This document shows, one piece after another, positions 50,509 through 59,661 of a DNA stretch of 64,000 nucleotides (position 1 is its first letter; every line of letters starts with the position of its first letter). The notes below the pieces were generated by a model. It ran no database searches. It was not told the origin of the DNA and saw only the letters and a list, made by a program, of their open reading frames with translations. A program made the position numbers and the translations under genes. Origin of the DNA: an uncultured virus (IMG/VR IMGVR_UViG_3300042363_000251) (taxonomy: Duplodnaviria > Heunggongvirae > Uroviricota > Caudoviricetes); the IMG/VR virus record IMGVR_UViG_3300042363_000251. One strand, given 5' to 3'.

Positions 50509-51000
50509 TTATCTTTTTTCTCTTATCTTTTTTCTCTTTTCTTTTGCTCGTTCTAGTACAAGCTTGCCTACTCTATCATCAAAGCATATAGAATTTAAAT
50601 GATCCAGCTCATGCTGATAGACCCTAGCCATTAAACCATTAAATTCTTGTTGTACTTTCTCACCAGCAACATTGTAATACTCTACTGAGATATCTTTGTA
50701 TCGTTCTACATACATCCAAAGATCAGGAAAGCTCAAGCATCCTTCTTGCTCTCTCACTCTTTCGCTACCTGAGATAATTTCTGGATTGATACATGCTACT
50801 AAATGATCAGAATTACCCATAACAAATATGCGTTTAGCAATACCGCACTGAGGCGCAGCTAAACCTATGCCGTTATGTAAAACCATTAGCTTGGACATAG
50901 CCTTAACTAATTCACTGGGATCACCGTCTTTTTCCCAGTCCCACGATTCAGCTACTTCTCTTAGTACTTCGCTATCTTCAGGTATAAGTTTAAGATCCAT
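50509..51000 (-). CDS. def: Peptide deformylase
   Basis: GIGLAAPQ, EGCLS, QHELDHL. Confidence 0.95.
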   Translation of the reverse strand: MDLKLIPEDSEVLREVAESWDWEKDGDPSELVKAMSKLMVLHNGIGLAAPQCGIAKRIFVMGNSDHLVACINPEIISGSERVREQEGCLSFPDLWMYVERYKDISVEYYNVAGEKVQQEFNGLMARVYQHELDHLNSICFDDRVGKLVLERAKEKRKKIREKR

Positions 51001-51571
51001 GTTGTTCCTCTTTTATTAAATTCATATGTACGGCAACCAACCATGCATAACCCAAACTATGTGACTTTTTAAAGCTATAGCCATCACTGCCTTTGTCCCA
51101 CACTGTTTTGTTTACTTCTTGCCAAGTTTTTCCTATCAAATGACGTTTCGCTGGTCTTATTACTGCTAAGAACATAGCTAACCGTGGTATACTATCTATT
51201 GGTTCAGGCATCTTTCTAATCGTATCATACTGACCATTCAAGTGTATAAGTTGTTCTACTATATCTCGCTTAGTTAGCATAGTCCAATCAGGTTCACGCA
51301 TCAAACTAATCAAGTGTTCTTCACTTTTTACTTTTTCGTAAACGTGAACATTTAAGATATCTAACTTAAAGTATCCCCTTTCTTCTGCCTCTTCATAAGA
51401 AATAGCTGCAATTTCATTTATAGGATCATATGGTATGTTGCATGGATATATACCAGAAGCGTGTTTTCTAATAGGTGTAATATTACGCATAGAAGCAGGT
51501 ATATGTTTGATCTTTTCCAAGATCAAATCTCTATTACCTACGTCAATGTCTACGTCAAAGTTTAATTTCAC
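50990..51571 (-). CDS. dnaE: DNA polymerase III alpha (DnaE) minimal catalytic palm/fingers fragment
   Basis: DVDID, KHASGIY, EERGYFKLDIL, LAVIRP, YSFKKSHSLGYA. Confidence 0.88.
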   Translation of the reverse strand: MKLNFDVDIDVGNRDLILEKIKHIPASMRNITPIRKHASGIYPCNIPYDPINEIAAISYEEAEERGYFKLDILNVHVYEKVKSEEHLISLMREPDWTMLTKRDIVEQLIHLNGQYDTIRKMPEPIDSIPRLAMFLAVIRPAKRHLIGKTWQEVNKTVWDKGSDGYSFKKSHSLGYAWLVAVHMNLIKEEQHGS

Positions 51572-52134
51572 GGTTTCATTAATCCAGCGGCTATTAACTT
51601 TTGATAAGCATCTTGTACTACAATCGCTTGATGTTCGGCGTCTTCTACTGCATTGTGCGTAGTTTTAGTACCATACTTTTTATCTTTTAGTTTCACACCG
51701 GCTATTTCAAATAGTGTTCTAGTGTCTCTTACTGTATAGAAAGGCCATGGTATTGGATTTGGTTTATCAGTTAAAGTTTGTCTAAACGCTGTTTCCATAA
51801 CTACTACGTCAAAAGGGGCACCGTTTGACCACACAGCATCTTGATTCCAACAATAATGATATAACACTTCCATGCATTCTTTTAATGACATTCTACCCTG
51901 TTCATTAAACGCTGCGTTTAGTGCTTCAGGAGATTGTTGCGACCACCATCTGAGAGTATCTTCATTAATGATTCTGTTATATACTTCAGTTTGATCTTCA
52001 ATAGTAGGTTTTAGTTCTAATCTATCAAGCACACCAGTTCCTTTTGGGTTAAACTTTACTACACCAATAGTAAGAATAACACAATTGGGTGATGTGTCTA
52101 AAGATTCTATATCTATCATCAAATGAGAGGGCAT
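51568..52134 (-). CDS. DEDDh 3'-5' exonuclease
   Basis: LMIDIESL, WSNGAPFD, RDTRT, HNAVEDA. Confidence 0.88.
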   Translation of the reverse strand: MPSHLMIDIESLDTSPNCVILTIGVVKFNPKGTGVLDRLELKPTIEDQTEVYNRIINEDTLRWWSQQSPEALNAAFNEQGRMSLKECMEVLYHYCWNQDAVWSNGAPFDVVVMETAFRQTLTDKPNPIPWPFYTVRDTRTLFEIAGVKLKDKKYGTKTTHNAVEDAEHQAIVVQDAYQKLIAAGLMKP

Positions 52135-52135
52135 A

Positions 52136-52435
52136 TCATTCCCATCTTAGTTTAGCTAACATATATTCTTTATCGGTCTTTAAGTAAATAGCGCGTTTGC
52201 TGTCCTTGCTATCGTTAGCCCAAGCCCATATTGGCCAGTCTTCGTCATGTGCCCAAGCATCGTGTAACTCATAACTACGTCCCCAAATTACTTCACACCA
52301 TTGTCTAATTTCATTAAACGTCTTGATTTGGTCCCGAGAATTCATACCATGAGTCTCTATCATATATTGATAAATATTACCGCCGTTGTATCTTCTGTCT
52401 ATCTTTTTAAATGTTATTATTCGCATAGTTTCCAA
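52136..52435 (-). CDS. Small hypothetical protein, LRWE-ending family
   Basis: Ends YMLAKLRWE. Confidence 0.65.
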   Translation of the reverse strand: METMRIITFKKIDRRYNGGNIYQYMIETHGMNSRDQIKTFNEIRQWCEVIWGRSYELHDAWAHDEDWPIWAWANDSKDSKRAIYLKTDKEYMLAKLRWE

Positions 52436-52668
52436 TGGACATATATTTTATCGTTTATTGTAACACGTTTACTAGTCAACCACCAATCTTTTAGGTAACC
52501 TTTGTTAGGATATTTTTCCCATAACCAATCTTCTAAAGCTCTAGTCCAGTCACACTGAATAAAGATTTGTTCTTGCCATTCATTATTAATGAAAATCTTT
52601 TTCCTGATTTTTCGGTTGGTAGGAACATAATCAATTATGTCTACATGATCGTAATAATTGAAACCCAT
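52417..52668 (-). CDS. Small hypothetical protein, LRWE-like family
   Basis: Ends YVHWKLCE. Confidence 0.6.
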   Translation of the reverse strand: MGFNYYDHVDIIDYVPTNRKIRKKIFINNEWQEQIFIQCDWTRALEDWLWEKYPNKGYLKDWWLTSKRVTINDKIYVHWKLCE

Positions 52669-52926
52669 TTATTCCCACCTCAATAAAAACCATTCATAAT
52701 CTTTAGACTGTTCAAACGCTATACGATTATCAAACCAACGATGTTCACCTATAGTGTTTTGTTTTACCCATTCTATCACTTCATCAAGTTGCTGATAAGA
52801 AATTATTGCACCATGCCACCCACTTGTGATACACAAATTGTATAATAACTCTTGATCTAAACGATTACGAATATTATTCGCCATCTCAGTTAGAATCTCA
52901 TCATGCTCGTTTTGTGACAAGCTCAT
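52669..52926 (-). CDS. Small hypothetical protein, LRWE-ending family (start revised to 52926)
   Basis: ATGA overlap with the upstream gene; ends YEWFLLRWE. Confidence 0.65.
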   Translation of the reverse strand: MSLSQNEHDEILTEMANNIRNRLDQELLYNLCITSGWHGAIISYQQLDEVIEWVKQNTIGEHRWFDNRIAFEQSKDYEWFLLRWE

Positions 52927-53147
52927 TCCCACCTCAGTTTAAACCAAATTCTATGTTCTTCTATTGGTACATACCAAATATCAGATATACTAAACAATTC
53001 GGAACCTTGGTATTCTATCTTTATATCACAATCTTCAGCCCACTTCCAAACTTGTTTTCGCATGGTCCAATGTGAACATACTAAACAACTTTTGGGTATG
53101 TTTAGTTGCTTTGATACATCATCTAATGAATATATCTGTTCGCTCAA
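52923..53147 (-). CDS. Small hypothetical protein, LRWE-ending family
   Basis: TTG start; ends RIWFKLRWE. Confidence 0.6.
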   Translation of the reverse strand: MSEQIYSLDDVSKQLNIPKSCLVCSHWTMRKQVWKWAEDCDIKIEYQGSELFSISDIWYVPIEEHRIWFKLRWE

Positions 53148-53149
53148 CT

Positions 53150-53860
53150 TTAATACCCAGCTTCTTTCAATAGTTCTTTAACTTGCTTTACTTGTTCTTT
53201 GTTTCGCAAAAACTTTAATGCCCATTGTTCAGGATTGATATAATCAAAGATCAATCGTTGTAAACCTTCATCTAAACTTTCAATAAATTCAATACCCGAT
53301 TGACTTTGATATAACATCCATGCACTGATCTTGCCGTTAGTAATCTTATAACAAATTTTATTCTTACTACCATATCGTAAATAGTCACCAGCTTTAATAT
53401 TATCTGGTTCTGCTAATTTAATAGTAGTTTCAATGCTTCTAGCAATAGCATCAAGTGGATCTTCTTCGCGCAAGTAATAAATCAAGTAACGATTGTATAC
53501 TTGATCACTAGTCCAACTATCAATAGAAATTTTATTGTCTAGCAACCAATCTAAGTATCTAGTAATATTGATAGCATTAATATCAACACAATAGTTACCA
53601 AATTTAACAAAGGCTATGTAATATGCGCTTTTTACAAAGTCCAAATAAGTTTTTGGTTTTCTTGAGTTTGTATTCTTTTTGTAAAAAGCAAGCCAGCACT
53701 GAAACGCTATTCTGTTTCCAGCGTTATCTTTTTCATGCACTCTACGCTTAGTTTCGCACATGTGTTTAAACATTGACTGTTCGCGTTGGAATTGCTTATT
53801 ACAAAAGTCGCAAACAAATTCAGTTACCTGAGTCTCTTTCATACTGATTAAGTTCATCAT
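53150..53860 (-). CDS. Hypothetical protein with an N-terminal Zn finger
   Basis: FVCDFCNKQF......KHMC. Confidence 0.65.
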   Translation of the reverse strand: MMNLISMKETQVTEFVCDFCNKQFQREQSMFKHMCETKRRVHEKDNAGNRIAFQCWLAFYKKNTNSRKPKTYLDFVKSAYYIAFVKFGNYCVDINAINITRYLDWLLDNKISIDSWTSDQVYNRYLIYYLREEDPLDAIARSIETTIKLAEPDNIKAGDYLRYGSKNKICYKITNGKISAWMLYQSQSGIEFIESLDEGLQRLIFDYINPEQWALKFLRNKEQVKQVKELLKEAGY

Positions 53861-54419
53861 CGGTTACAATAGTGCTCAACAATTCTATTTCGTCTAATTT
53901 TAGTGTTGGGAATTTTTTAGCTAGTACTACTTTCTTTTTGTGTTCAGTAACAAATACTTCTGCTACTTCTGCTATGTCTCGTTCACTGGCTGTTGGGTAT
54001 ATCTTTTTATAGTAGTCTTGAATCTCTTTAGTTTTAGCTGCTTCTTTAAGTAAGCTTACTTTTTCACCTATCTTGGGTATCCATTGATGAAACTGTTTCC
54101 CCTTGCCTGGGCTAGCAGCACACAACATTAACCATTGTAGTTTTGGATGAGAATGTTCTTTACTAGCAATCATATGATCTAGCAAATATTTGTTAGCATA
54201 ATATTCTGTGCTTTGCAAATAATATCGTTGTAAATCTTTATTGCCTTTAATAGCACTCATCCATTGTACTAACAAAAATGGTACAAACTTTTTCTGCTGT
54301 TCGGGAGTTAACCTGTCAAAAAAGTCATAGTCTTTTTTGTCCAACGCTTCTAAAGTTTTGAACAGATCCAAATCTTGATTTTCAAAAGTTTCGTCTTTTG
54401 GTACAGATTTTTTAGCCAT
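53820..54419 (-). CDS. gp62: Clamp loader A subunit (T4 gp62-like)
   Basis: FVPFLLVQWMS, ANKY, HPKLQWLML, KQFHQWI; lies in the replication cluster. Confidence 0.65.
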   Translation of the reverse strand: MAKKSVPKDETFENQDLDLFKTLEALDKKDYDFFDRLTPEQQKKFVPFLLVQWMSAIKGNKDLQRYYLQSTEYYANKYLLDHMIASKEHSHPKLQWLMLCAASPGKGKQFHQWIPKIGEKVSLLKEAAKTKEIQDYYKKIYPTASERDIAEVAEVFVTEHKKKVVLAKKFPTLKLDEIELLSTIVTDDELNQYERDSGN

Positions 54420-54922
54420 TAAAAGACTTTCCCGTAATCAACTACTTCACAGTTTCTGCTAATCTCTTTAACAAAATATAAGCATCGGGGCTTTTCGCTA
54501 TCATCAATGGGTACACATAAAAACTGACCATTTCTAAGTCTAGGCGAAAACCAAGTTACATCTTGATAAATGTCTACAATCTCTATAGGAAGAAAATCGG
54601 GCGCATAAGAAGTAAGAGGATTAAATTGAAACGCATTAAATCCTCTGTCGTTTACACTAGACAAGGGAAGAGTTTCTAAATCACCGTGTTCAGATTCTCC
54701 AATTAAGATTTGCCAATCTACTGGCATTTTAATTTTTCTATTACCCACTTGTAAAACTACAGCAGGCGAGTTAAAAGACTCTAAAAATATCAGAGGTATA
54801 AAATAAAAGTCTGGATTATTTGGATTAGAGTTATCTAATATTGCAAACTGAAGATCGTCTATTTCTTCAGGTAATGATTCTAAATTGTAACAACTGTTTA
54901 CATCTAAGTTTAATATTCTCAT
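54419..54922 (-). CDS. Hypothetical all-beta protein
   Basis: 167-aa ORF with its own sigma70-like promoter (TTGAAA-17-TATAAT, 54929-54957). Confidence 0.7.
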   Translation of the reverse strand: MRILNLDVNSCYNLESLPEEIDDLQFAILDNSNPNNPDFYFIPLIFLESFNSPAVVLQVGNRKIKMPVDWQILIGESEHGDLETLPLSSVNDRGFNAFQFNPLTSYAPDFLPIEIVDIYQDVTWFSPRLRNGQFLCVPIDDSEKPRCLYFVKEISRNCEVVDYGKVF

Positions 54923-54937
54923 ATTGATATTATATCT

Positions 54938-56392
54938 CTAATAGTCTAATTTTTCAATACTAAACGGATAAGAAGCTTCTTTGTAAAAAGCTTTTCTTTG
55001 GGTAAGGTGCCTTTTAGAAAACTTACAATCGCTAGTTATATCCCAGACGGCAACATGATCTTTATCCTCTGCCATGCGCAGACCCCTGCCTATGCTTTGT
55101 ATTACTCTTACAAACGACTTACCAGGTTCAAGCATAACAATGTTAAACAGTCTAGGTACATTAATACCCACGGCTGCAACACCGTATGTGCAAACCAATA
55201 TTCGGCCCTCACTCGTTCTAATTTCATCATACTCTTCTTTCCTCTCTGTTAATTTCATTTCTCCAGATACAAATACTGAGTTAGGTAACCTTTCTACTAA
55301 CTCTTTACCTGCACTGATTCTGTCAACTAGCACTAATGTATTGCCGGTATCTTTGATTTTATCAATCAGTTTAGCAATAGTATCTAGTCTAAGTTGATCG
55401 GTGGTTAAAAATTTCAATTCACTTTGATAGTCTTTGTATTCTTTGCCGTCTTTTAGCTGAACAATGTTTACATGACACTGTGCAAGAACGCCTTGTTCTT
55501 GTAATTCACTGGCTGAAAGCTTACCAACAACCGGACCTAGTGACACTAACAATGATAGTTTGTCAAAGTCAGCTTTTGGAATAGTACCAGTTAAGCCCCA
55601 ACGAATTGGCACTCGTGATAGCACACCAGTAAGTAAGTCTTTTAAAACTTCTGCTTTTGCTTGGTGCACTTCGTCAACGATCACGCATACTACGCCTTCA
55701 ATAAAATCGTTGATAGTAAAATCAGCGTCACCTGATTGTGTTGCTTTTAACAGATTGTTCAATGATTGCCAAGTACAAATAGTATGAGTTTTGTTTAGTT
55801 CTTTTCTATCTCCAAAATAAACACCAACATCAAGACCTAAGTTAACATAGTCTTCTTCTGTTTGTACTACTAATGATTTGTTTGGAACGATAACGATTGA
55901 TCTACCATATTGTTCTACTGACAAAGATAGTGCAGCCGTTACTAAAGTTTTACCTGCGCCTGTTGCTGCTTCTTGCAATGATTGCGGATTAGCTAAAAAG
56001 GTATTTACAATCTCTACTTGATAATCTCTAAACATAATAGACTCACCTTCTTTAACATGACCTTTAGGCCAAGTTTTATTAGCAAAGGTATCTTCTTTTA
56101 TTTGTTCAAATTGAAATGTAGTTTTGTAAGTGCGTAAGTCTTCTAGTTCAATATCGTAATTAAAGTTATCAATGATAGGGATAATTTGATCTAGTAAATT
56201 AATATGAGTGGCGCCACCTAATGAAAAGTAGCTGATCTTACCATTCCATCTACCCAGACGAACACTAGGCAAGTACCTAGCACCGGGTTTTTCCACTTCA
56301 AATTTTTTCATCAACGCTTTACGAGCATCAAGTTCTAATCCTTGAATTTTAACATTTACTTCATCGGTTATAATTATTTTAGCTGTTTTCAT
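54938..56392 (-). CDS. uvsW: UvsW-like SF2 DNA helicase
   Basis: WNGKI, RDYQ, ATGAGKT, DEVH, GLTGT, QSIGRGLR. Confidence 0.92.
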   Translation of the reverse strand: MKTAKIIITDEVNVKIQGLELDARKALMKKFEVEKPGARYLPSVRLGRWNGKISYFSLGGATHINLLDQIIPIIDNFNYDIELEDLRTYKTTFQFEQIKEDTFANKTWPKGHVKEGESIMFRDYQVEIVNTFLANPQSLQEAATGAGKTLVTAALSLSVEQYGRSIVIVPNKSLVVQTEEDYVNLGLDVGVYFGDRKELNKTHTICTWQSLNNLLKATQSGDADFTINDFIEGVVCVIVDEVHQAKAEVLKDLLTGVLSRVPIRWGLTGTIPKADFDKLSLLVSLGPVVGKLSASELQEQGVLAQCHVNIVQLKDGKEYKDYQSELKFLTTDQLRLDTIAKLIDKIKDTGNTLVLVDRISAGKELVERLPNSVFVSGEMKLTERKEEYDEIRTSEGRILVCTYGVAAVGINVPRLFNIVMLEPGKSFVRVIQSIGRGLRMAEDKDHVAVWDITSDCKFSKRHLTQRKAFYKEASYPFSIEKLDY

Positions 56393-57408
56393 TTTACCTC
56401 AATTGGATTTGAATTCTTTATAAACACACATTTAGCAACAGCACCAGCTCCGCAGAATTTTCTACTTTCATCGCCGTGATATTGTAATAATACAGGTGTT
56501 TTGATAGTGCTGTCTACTGCAAAATCAGATTTAACGGGTATAACTTCAATATTGTTCTTTTCTAAGTTTTTAATTAAGGGCACGAACAGTTGTTTAGTTT
56601 TAAGAAAAGCGGTATGAACACCTTTACCTAATAATACTTGTTTAACATCTAGCTCTGTTAACCACGTTACTATTTCAGTTTCATCAATTTCTGTTTCAGT
56701 TACAAACTCACTAGCAAACTTTTTGATCTTGCTATCAATTAAATCTTTGTGAGTTTTTATACCCAACTTAGATAATTTAAAAAGAGTTTTGGGATCAGTG
56801 TTAAGTTCTATGTTGCTTATACGATTGCCTATTGGTTCGTTTACAGCAATGATATAGTAGTTATTATTTATGTTGACTAAAGTTGGTTCCCAGATTATAT
56901 TGGGATCAGTTAAAGTGGACACTTCCGATAATATTCTTTTAATGTGATTACAATAATAAACTTCTGGAAAGTATTTGGGAAGAATAGTATATGCAATTTT
57001 TAAAGCATAGGTACTCATAGAAGATATGTACGCTTTTTTAGTCTTATCCCAATTAAACGTATTGTCTTTTATATCATCAAACCTTTTAATAAACTTGTTG
57101 TTCATTGGAACTCGGATAACAAGTTTGTCATTGAGCAATGATACTCTAGCCGCCGTATATTCTTTAGATGTTTCTATTACCTGCGCTTTCCATGGTAACT
57201 CTAGTAACTGATCTTTAGTAAGGTTAGTTTGTTTTAACTGAAGGAGATATTTTTCTACTAGTTTTGAGAATAGCTTATCCTGACCCGTAGTGATCGTGTT
57301 AGTATCTTTGATAATTATGGTTAGATTATTAAAGAATTTTCTATCACTATAATGAAGTCTAATAGATTTGGATAGAAAGAAATAAAGTAAATGTTCTTTT
57401 GTCTGCAT
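56389..57408 (-). CDS. Hypothetical protein
   Basis: 339-aa ORF with ATGA overlap to uvsW. Confidence 0.7.
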   Translation of the reverse strand: MQTKEHLLYFFLSKSIRLHYSDRKFFNNLTIIIKDTNTITTGQDKLFSKLVEKYLLQLKQTNLTKDQLLELPWKAQVIETSKEYTAARVSLLNDKLVIRVPMNNKFIKRFDDIKDNTFNWDKTKKAYISSMSTYALKIAYTILPKYFPEVYYCNHIKRILSEVSTLTDPNIIWEPTLVNINNNYYIIAVNEPIGNRISNIELNTDPKTLFKLSKLGIKTHKDLIDSKIKKFASEFVTETEIDETEIVTWLTELDVKQVLLGKGVHTAFLKTKQLFVPLIKNLEKNNIEVIPVKSDFAVDSTIKTPVLLQYHGDESRKFCGAGAVAKCVFIKNSNPIEVK

Positions 57409-57455
57409 AGTAGTATATATTACTATAGAGTCAAAATAGAGTCAAACTTAAAGGC

Positions 57456-57480
57456 AAAAAAAGGGACATCAATGTCCCTA
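57456..57480 (-). terminator. Intrinsic terminator
   Basis: AGGGACA/TGTCCCT stem with a T-run on the minus strand. Confidence 0.75.
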
Positions 57481-57510
57481 AAACAAAACACCATCATGGT
57501 GTCGGAAAAC

Positions 57511-57741
57511 TTAAATATCAAAATATTTTTTGACAAGATTTTTTATCTCTACAAAATCAGTAACACCGTTATCAATTGCATTTCTTGTTACCAATAAGGT
57601 TCTGTTGATTAGCTGTTTGGTTAACACTTCAACAAAAGGATCAGGTATATACATCTTGTTTATTTCTTCGTTGTCTTCAGGAAACAGATCAAATACTTCA
57701 GTAATCGCTTGTCTAAAAATATCTCGTGTTTTATCGTTCAT
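57511..57741 (-). CDS. Hypothetical protein
   Basis: 76-aa ORF with GGGAG SD. Confidence 0.65.
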   Translation of the reverse strand: MNDKTRDIFRQAITEVFDLFPEDNEEINKMYIPDPFVEVLTKQLINRTLLVTRNAIDNGVTDFVEIKNLVKKYFDI

Positions 57742-57757
57742 GATATTACTCCCTTAC

Positions 57758-58783
57758 TTAACCACGCTTTACACAAGTTGCTTCAGCCAGCATTTTCCAG
57801 TTCTTTGACACTTTAACAAGATCAGCAATCTTTACAGCCATACGCAGTGAAATTTCACGCAGATTAGTCAGATTGGTTTCCATGAAGTCTAAGATTTCAG
57901 TAGACTGAGCATCATTAAAACCATAATCCTCAAACAAACCGTTGTTGGTGTCACGGTGAACTTGACGCACACGCAACATTTTGTCACGCTCGGTGTCAAT
58001 AGTCAGATCCAAGTAATGTGCTCGTGATTGCAGCGCATCAATGTGTGCCTTGACAGTAGAACGCTTGTTGTTGTTAGCAACATCAACGTTAGTGATAAAA
58101 ATGATTGAACCGTGAAAGTCAAACGAGTTAGGTACACCTTCGTCTCTGAGCAAACGTGAATCTTTGTTCCAAGAAATTCTACGCTTCTTGCCTGAATCCA
58201 AAGCACCTTTCAATACGTTTAACGCATCAGGGTCTGACCAAACATCACAATCGTCAAACACTAGTACATTGCGTGGGTCAGAAAACTTGTACAGTGTAGC
58301 AAACAAACCTATACCAGAGATCGCACCTTTGACAATTTCAAAACGTGGATTACGTTGAGCAATTTTGTCAAACAAGCTTGCTTTTTCCATTTCTTGAATA
58401 ACAGTGTGTGACTTGCCTACACCGGGAGGACCAGTTACGATCAAAGCACGAATGTCACCTGCGATACACGCTTTTGTCATTTCATCCATAATTTGAAAGC
58501 GGGTGCTAATACGATTCATTGCTTCTTCGTCTGTTTCTTGCGGGAGGGATACTTGCGATTCAACTACTGCTTCAGTCATGGGTTCACCTGTTAGGTATTC
58601 AATAGAACTGATATTATCTACTTTGATCTTGATGTTGTCAATATCAATAGGGAAGTGACCTTCGTTCTTTACAGTAACGTAGCCGCCTTTAACACCTACT
58701 TGATAGCCCCGTACCAACTTGAAAGTAGTGTTGATAATGGGAGCATTACGATAAGTACCGCGCTTGATTCTGATTACTGACAT
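57758..58783 (-). CDS. P-loop AAA-type ATPase (early gene)
   Basis: Walker A GPPGVGKS, Walker B LVFDDCD, IFITN, ALQSR, ISLR. Confidence 0.85.
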   Translation of the reverse strand: MSVIRIKRGTYRNAPIINTTFKLVRGYQVGVKGGYVTVKNEGHFPIDIDNIKIKVDNISSIEYLTGEPMTEAVVESQVSLPQETDEEAMNRISTRFQIMDEMTKACIAGDIRALIVTGPPGVGKSHTVIQEMEKASLFDKIAQRNPRFEIVKGAISGIGLFATLYKFSDPRNVLVFDDCDVWSDPDALNVLKGALDSGKKRRISWNKDSRLLRDEGVPNSFDFHGSIIFITNVDVANNNKRSTVKAHIDALQSRAHYLDLTIDTERDKMLRVRQVHRDTNNGLFEDYGFNDAQSTEILDFMETNLTNLREISLRMAVKIADLVKVSKNWKMLAEATCVKRG

Positions 58784-58819
58784 AGTATTTTCTCTCTTGT
58801 TTGTTTACTGTATGATGTT

Positions 58820-58847
58820 ATTATAGCAGATTTGGGTAAGAAGTCAA
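58820..58847 (-). promoter_or_regulatory. Early sigma70-type promoter
   Basis: TTGACT-16nt-TATAAT with extended TGC. Confidence 0.85.
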
Positions 58848-58861
58848 GCCTTATTTGAAAT

Positions 58862-59008
58862 TTATTCTGTTGCAGGTACGATCAACTCAACACGGCGAAC
58901 TCGGCGGTCGCGACTAATGCGGTTGAAGAAACCCTTAGCAGCAATATATGTGTCAAAAGACTTGCTCAGGCTATCATAGTTGTAGTATTTGTAGGTTACA
59001 GTATACAT
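58862..59008 (-). CDS. Small early protein (48 aa, MYTVTYKYYN...VPATE), not in the ORF track
   Basis: Read manually; lies between two copies of the early promoter. Confidence 0.65.
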   Translation of the reverse strand: MYTVTYKYYNYDSLSKSFDTYIAAKGFFNRISRDRRVRRVELIVPATE

Positions 59009-59041
59009 TATACTTTCTCGCTCTTTGTTGACTATAGAACT

Positions 59042-59069
59042 ATTATAGCAGAAATGGGTAAGAAGTCAA
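59042..59069 (-). promoter_or_regulatory. Early sigma70-type promoter
   Basis: TTGACT-16nt-TATAAT with extended TGC; near-identical to the 58820 copy. Confidence 0.85.
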
Positions 59070-59076
59070 GCCTTTT

Positions 59077-59334
59077 TTAACTAAATTCGTAAATTTTAAC
59101 AGAAGGATCCAGCTTAACTAGCTCTTTAGCAGCAGCAGTCAATGCACGATACCGGGCTTGAACCTGACTACGGGGCAGTTCACCGTCACAGGTAAGATTC
59201 TCAGGGCTAAGATCGGAATCAATCATACTGGCTACACGTTGTCTACCTTTAGCAGTTTTAATCTCAAATTGCTCACCGTTGAAAATCGCGTTCCACTGAT
59301 TCTTTTGATTGATAAGTGCTTGAAGTGCTGACAT
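59077..59334 (-). CDS. Small early protein (start revised to 59334, MSALQAL)
   Basis: AGGAG SD before the ATG at 59334; LSPENLTCDGE. Confidence 0.7.
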   Translation of the reverse strand: MSALQALINQKNQWNAIFNGEQFEIKTAKGRQRVASMIDSDLSPENLTCDGELPRSQVQARYRALTAAAKELVKLDPSVKIYEFS

Positions 59335-59366
59335 TTTGTGCTCCTGTTTATTCACTGTATAATACT

Positions 59367-59394
59367 ATTATAGCAGGTTTTACCCGAAAGTCAA
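59367..59394 (-). promoter_or_regulatory. Early sigma70-type promoter
   Basis: TTGACT-16nt-TATAAT with extended TGC. Confidence 0.85.
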
Positions 59395-59433
59395 GCCTTT
59401 GGCTAAAAATAAATCTCTTTAGAAATCAATAAC

Positions 59434-59661
59434 TTAGCTTCCAACTGAAGTAAAATCCAATTCTTTGTTGGTTTTTATGTCGGTTAAACTGATTATTGTA
59501 TAGTTGGTACGAGTACTGTTACTTACTGCCCAAGCCCAAGCTTTAGCATCGTTATAAGTCATAAAACCCATACGATCTGTATGGGTTATGCCTTCAAGTG
59601 TACCTGAAGTAAACTTGCGTACAATCTCAACTTGAACAGGGTAGTTTTCGTATATATTCAT
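59434..59661 (-). CDS. Small early protein
   Basis: 75-aa ORF behind TTGACA-16-TACACT (59670-59697). Confidence 0.65.
   Translation of the reverse strand: MNIYENYPVQVEIVRKFTSGTLEGITHTDRMGFMTYNDAKAWAWAVSNSTRTNYTIISLTDIKTNKELDFTSVGS

Noticed and set aside
57425..57446. Direct repeat ATAGAGTCAAA x2 as an operator
   Set aside because: Likely a duplicated -35 box; I could not assign a convincing -10 spacing
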